Below, one piece after another: positions 61,264 to 64,000 of a DNA stretch of 64,000 nucleotides. Source of the stretch: Ylistrum balloti. Taxonomy: Eukaryota. Location: NCBI RefSeq assembly GCF_031769215.1, contig NW_026781958.1, forward strand, positions 1,798,001-1,862,000, in the 5' to 3' direction. Position 1 is the first letter of the stretch. The number at the start of each line of letters is the position of its first letter. Made by a program: the position numbers and the translations under genes. The notes beneath the pieces were generated by a model, which was not told the origin of the DNA, searched no databases, and saw nothing but the letters and a program-made list of their open reading frames with translations.

Positions 61264-61413
61264 GCAGGGTTAGCTCAGTTGGTAGAGCATAGACTCCACG
61301 ACCAGAGTGGGTTCGAATCCCGGCAGCAGCAATTTCTTTCCCGTGAAAATTCACCTCTCGCCACTGTTTCAAGTGGGAATGAAGTGGTAAACCCCAAAGA
61401 AACAAACAAAACA
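61264..61413 (+). mobile_element. Short tRNA-derived SINE nested in the transposon
   Basis: A-box TAGCTCAGTTGGTAGAGC (61271-61288), B-box GGTTCGAATCCC (61310-61321), and tail TAAACCCCAAAGAAACAAACAAAAC; it cannot fold into a full cloverleaf. Confidence 0.7.
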
Positions 61414-61889
61414 AGTTTGCTTTTACAGTCATATAAAGTCTTTATAAAATGGCCACCAAGATACATCACTGATATAATGGTTACTTCCTAAACTGGCATT
61501 AAATTCTTAAAAATATTTTTTTTATGTATATCATGTTAATGTTTTTTTTCATCAAGAATATTAATACCTTATTGGAAGACTTTAAAATTTTATTTCAACT
61601 GTTAAACCATAACAGTAAACACTCATATTATCACAGACCATTCACAAAGTAAAACTTTGTAAAAGAGCAGAAACACGTCCAGATAATTTCATTTCCCTTC
61701 AGTCAATAAATATCCGAAAATGGTCAGTCCGAAATCAAGCTTGTTGATAAGTACACACATTAACATGCGGCCTATTAACACATGAGAGAGGATTATAAAA
61801 CTTATGCTAGCAAAATTTTGAGTGAAAAAAAAAGAAATACTGATGTTCATTGAAATATTGTACACGTGAATCTGTGAATATTTATGTAC

Positions 61890-62105
61890 TTTTGAGCAGA
61901 CATAAAAATGCTTTAGTCTAGAAGGACACCGCAGGATCTCCACGTTAAGTTGATACTTAGGCCATCCGCACAATTGGAGCCAAGATTTTCAATTCTCAGG
62001 CTTCGTCTGTGGTTTGGGAAACGATATGAACACAACACCTCCTTCCAATCGCTCTGGGTAGCGAGAATCGGTGTTGCAAGTTCCCCAGCAGCAGCGTTTC
62101 ACCAT
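61890..62105 (-). pseudogene. THAP zinc-finger relic (5' exon of the transposase)
   Basis: MVKRCCWGTCNTDSRYPERLEGGVVFISFPKPQTKPEN*KSWLQLCGWPKYQLNVEILRCPSRLKHFYVCSK: C-x4-C, FP, W and VCS match the THAP pattern, with an in-frame TGA at 61989-61991. Confidence 0.8.
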
Positions 62106-64000
62106 TGTCGCAGTATGTCGGAGTAACGAAACGTAAACAAAGAGGCAAATACTACCCGCGATCTGATTGGCTAAACCGCGCTGACAATCTAAAGCTGTCG
62201 ATCGGCCAATTAGCGCCATACGCGATGGTAGAACTTCCCAAACCGATAATAAGATGAAGGACTGGTCAGAACATTTTGATAAGGAAGGAAATGATGTTGC
62301 AGAGATGACCATTGGACAATCGGTGACCGCCATCCGCGAAGGTCAAACATCGCCTACTGATAATAAGATAGAAGAACTGCTCAAAACAACACCGGAAGTA
62401 ACAACTGTCACATTAGGAAGTAATTCATCGGCATTTAGTGACGCAGGAAGCAAGCAAGAAGTGACAGGAAGCGGAAGTGACAATCAGGTTCGAATTGCAG
62501 CCCCTGACATCGTCCAAGGTATTTCAGAAACACCTATCATTATTTCGTATACGGCATTACTAGCCACTCTCTCATAATGAACAATTAATTGAATAAATAA
62601 ATCGTCCTAGAACTACCATATACTTTCACGGAATGAATCCTGGATCATCTAATCGTAACTGTATTGTCTGAATTTATCTTAATAAATGTATACGAATAAC
62701 TTTACCAGATATCTAATTCGTATTCTTGTTGTAAAACAGTTAACGAACCCGTGACAACACATCAGTTGAGAGAGACTTCCGACAAAAAGAACATATTGGG
62801 ACGACTGTTACACAGACTACTGAAGGTAAGCTTACCATCACCATTGTGAACACGTGTAAGACCATTCTGGAATCTGTGGCTGAAACATTACCACACAATC
62901 TTGTACTGTCAAAGCTACACATGATAACTTCAGTGAAAAGAAGAAGTTCTTTCATATGTAAAAACAGGAATGGAAAACGGATATACATATATGATCACCA
63001 ATTTCAACCGAATTCTTCATTATACCTCTGAAAAAAATGAGAACGATGATAATAAAGATAGTTATATTCAGCATTGTCATTACCTGGTTACTACATTACA
63101 CTGTTTCTATTTTTTAATAGAGAGACAATAAAGAAGTACAGAAAGCAGTCACTGGTACAGAAGGTGAGAACAGTATCTACTTTGTATGTCTTTCTGTCTA
63201 GAACTCTGTCGATGATATGTTCCGAAAAAAAATCCATTCCCACCCCAAAGCATACAAGAAGGTCACTCACGATATCCAATTTAAGGAAAGCGAGATGGAG
63301 AAGTTTGTGCTAACTTGTTTTTCCAATAGTCTTATTTCCACAGGCAATTTATTTGATATGTCATGTTTTAATGTTATATGTGTCGTTTTGATAATCCTCT
63401 TGTTTTCTGAAATCGTGCATTCTATGTCCAATAGGTGGCAGCAGTGGCGCCTCAGTCGGCAAGCAGACGTCACGTCCATCCAAGGCAGCAAACAACAAGA
63501 AAGGCTGGATCCGTAGAAACCTGTTGTGCTGCCTCGTCCGACAGAAGAACACAGCGTGTGAACATGAAAAGAAAGAAATTGTTAGGAATGCTGTTCTGAA
63601 AATACTTTTAAACTTACTTTTCCGTTCAGACTAATTTTGTTTTTCAAAATCGATTGCAGGGATAAATTCATTATAGGGGCATGTCAGGGCAAGTATTTAT
63701 CCATGGCAATAAACACAATATCCGGAAGCCTAAGACATTTTTTTTTGCACTGAAATACAGACGAGAAATTAATTTTCGGATCCAATGATAAATTGTAAAA
63801 ACATGATACCCATTTGGCATTTTAATTTAACAGAATGTAAAGTAACTTAATGTAAAAGTACGATTTAAAAATACACAACATTTAAAAATAGAAACGTCAC
63901 ATGTTAATAACACAGGGTTGTCTGAAGATAGCATGCGGCGAATAGAACCTCAAAATGGCCCTAGTTGTCCTCTTAGGGACTTGGCACGAACACGCGCGGT

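Larger units (their letters stand above)
60236..62207. mobile_element. Internally deleted DNA transposon, ISL2EU-like (PIF/Harbinger-related), 1,972 bp
   Basis: Perfect 12-bp TIRs GGCCGATCGACA/TGTCGATCGGCC flanked by AATT on both sides; the left paralog shows the empty site GTCAATTACC. Convergent SWIM and THAP ORF relics lie at the two ends. Confidence 0.8.
60098..63634 (+). pseudogene. Right paralog: same 4-exon AKAP-like gene, interrupted by a transposon
   Basis: Exons 60098-60235+62212-62518, 62740-62825, 63121-63163 and 63435-63634. The frame is continuous (257 aa) if the 60236-62211 insertion is removed. A ~33-bp deletion removes the stop codon present in the left copy. Confidence 0.75.
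56176..63930. repeat. Large imperfect inverted duplication (left arm ~56176-58894, unique spacer ~890 bp, right arm ~59785-63930)
   Basis: Reverse-complement matches run throughout, e.g. 58621-58825 vs ~59855-60060, 57700-57785 vs 62740-62825, 56600-56760 vs 63395-63555, and 56176-56420 vs 63700-63930. Confidence 0.97.

Noticed and set aside
61264-61330. tRNA gene
   Set aside because: The D-arm and B-box are intact, but the anticodon arm, T-stem and acceptor stem do not pair. It is followed by a SINE-type body and tail.

Overview
This is AT-rich animal genomic DNA. Its repeat and transposon types suggest a bivalve mollusc (inference). (1) 2.6-41.2 kb: about 40% is occupied by ten different tandem-repeat arrays. 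This region also holds a TTAA-flanked Kolobok-like transposon derivative, a decayed tRNA-derived SINE and two promoter-like islands; I could not identify a gene there with confidence. (2) 43.9-51.6 kb: a complete 5-exon calmodulin gene (+ strand) encoding the canonical 149-aa protostome protein. Intron 4 contains a second candidate terminal exon that would give a calmodulin ending EEFKTMINENTK instead of EEFVTMMTSK. (3) 52-64 kb: a decayed peptide-GPCR relic and an inverted duplication carrying two divergently oriented 4-exon paralogs of an unrecognised protein. That protein has several tandem AKAP-like (PKA-anchoring) amphipathic helices and a basic/di-cysteine C-terminus. Both copies look disabled, by different lesions; one lesion is a 1,972-bp ISL2EU-like DNA transposon with THAP and SWIM relics and a nested SINE. 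Most long ORFs in the supplied track are artefacts of tandem repeats. All family assignments are by manual motif recognition, not by database search.
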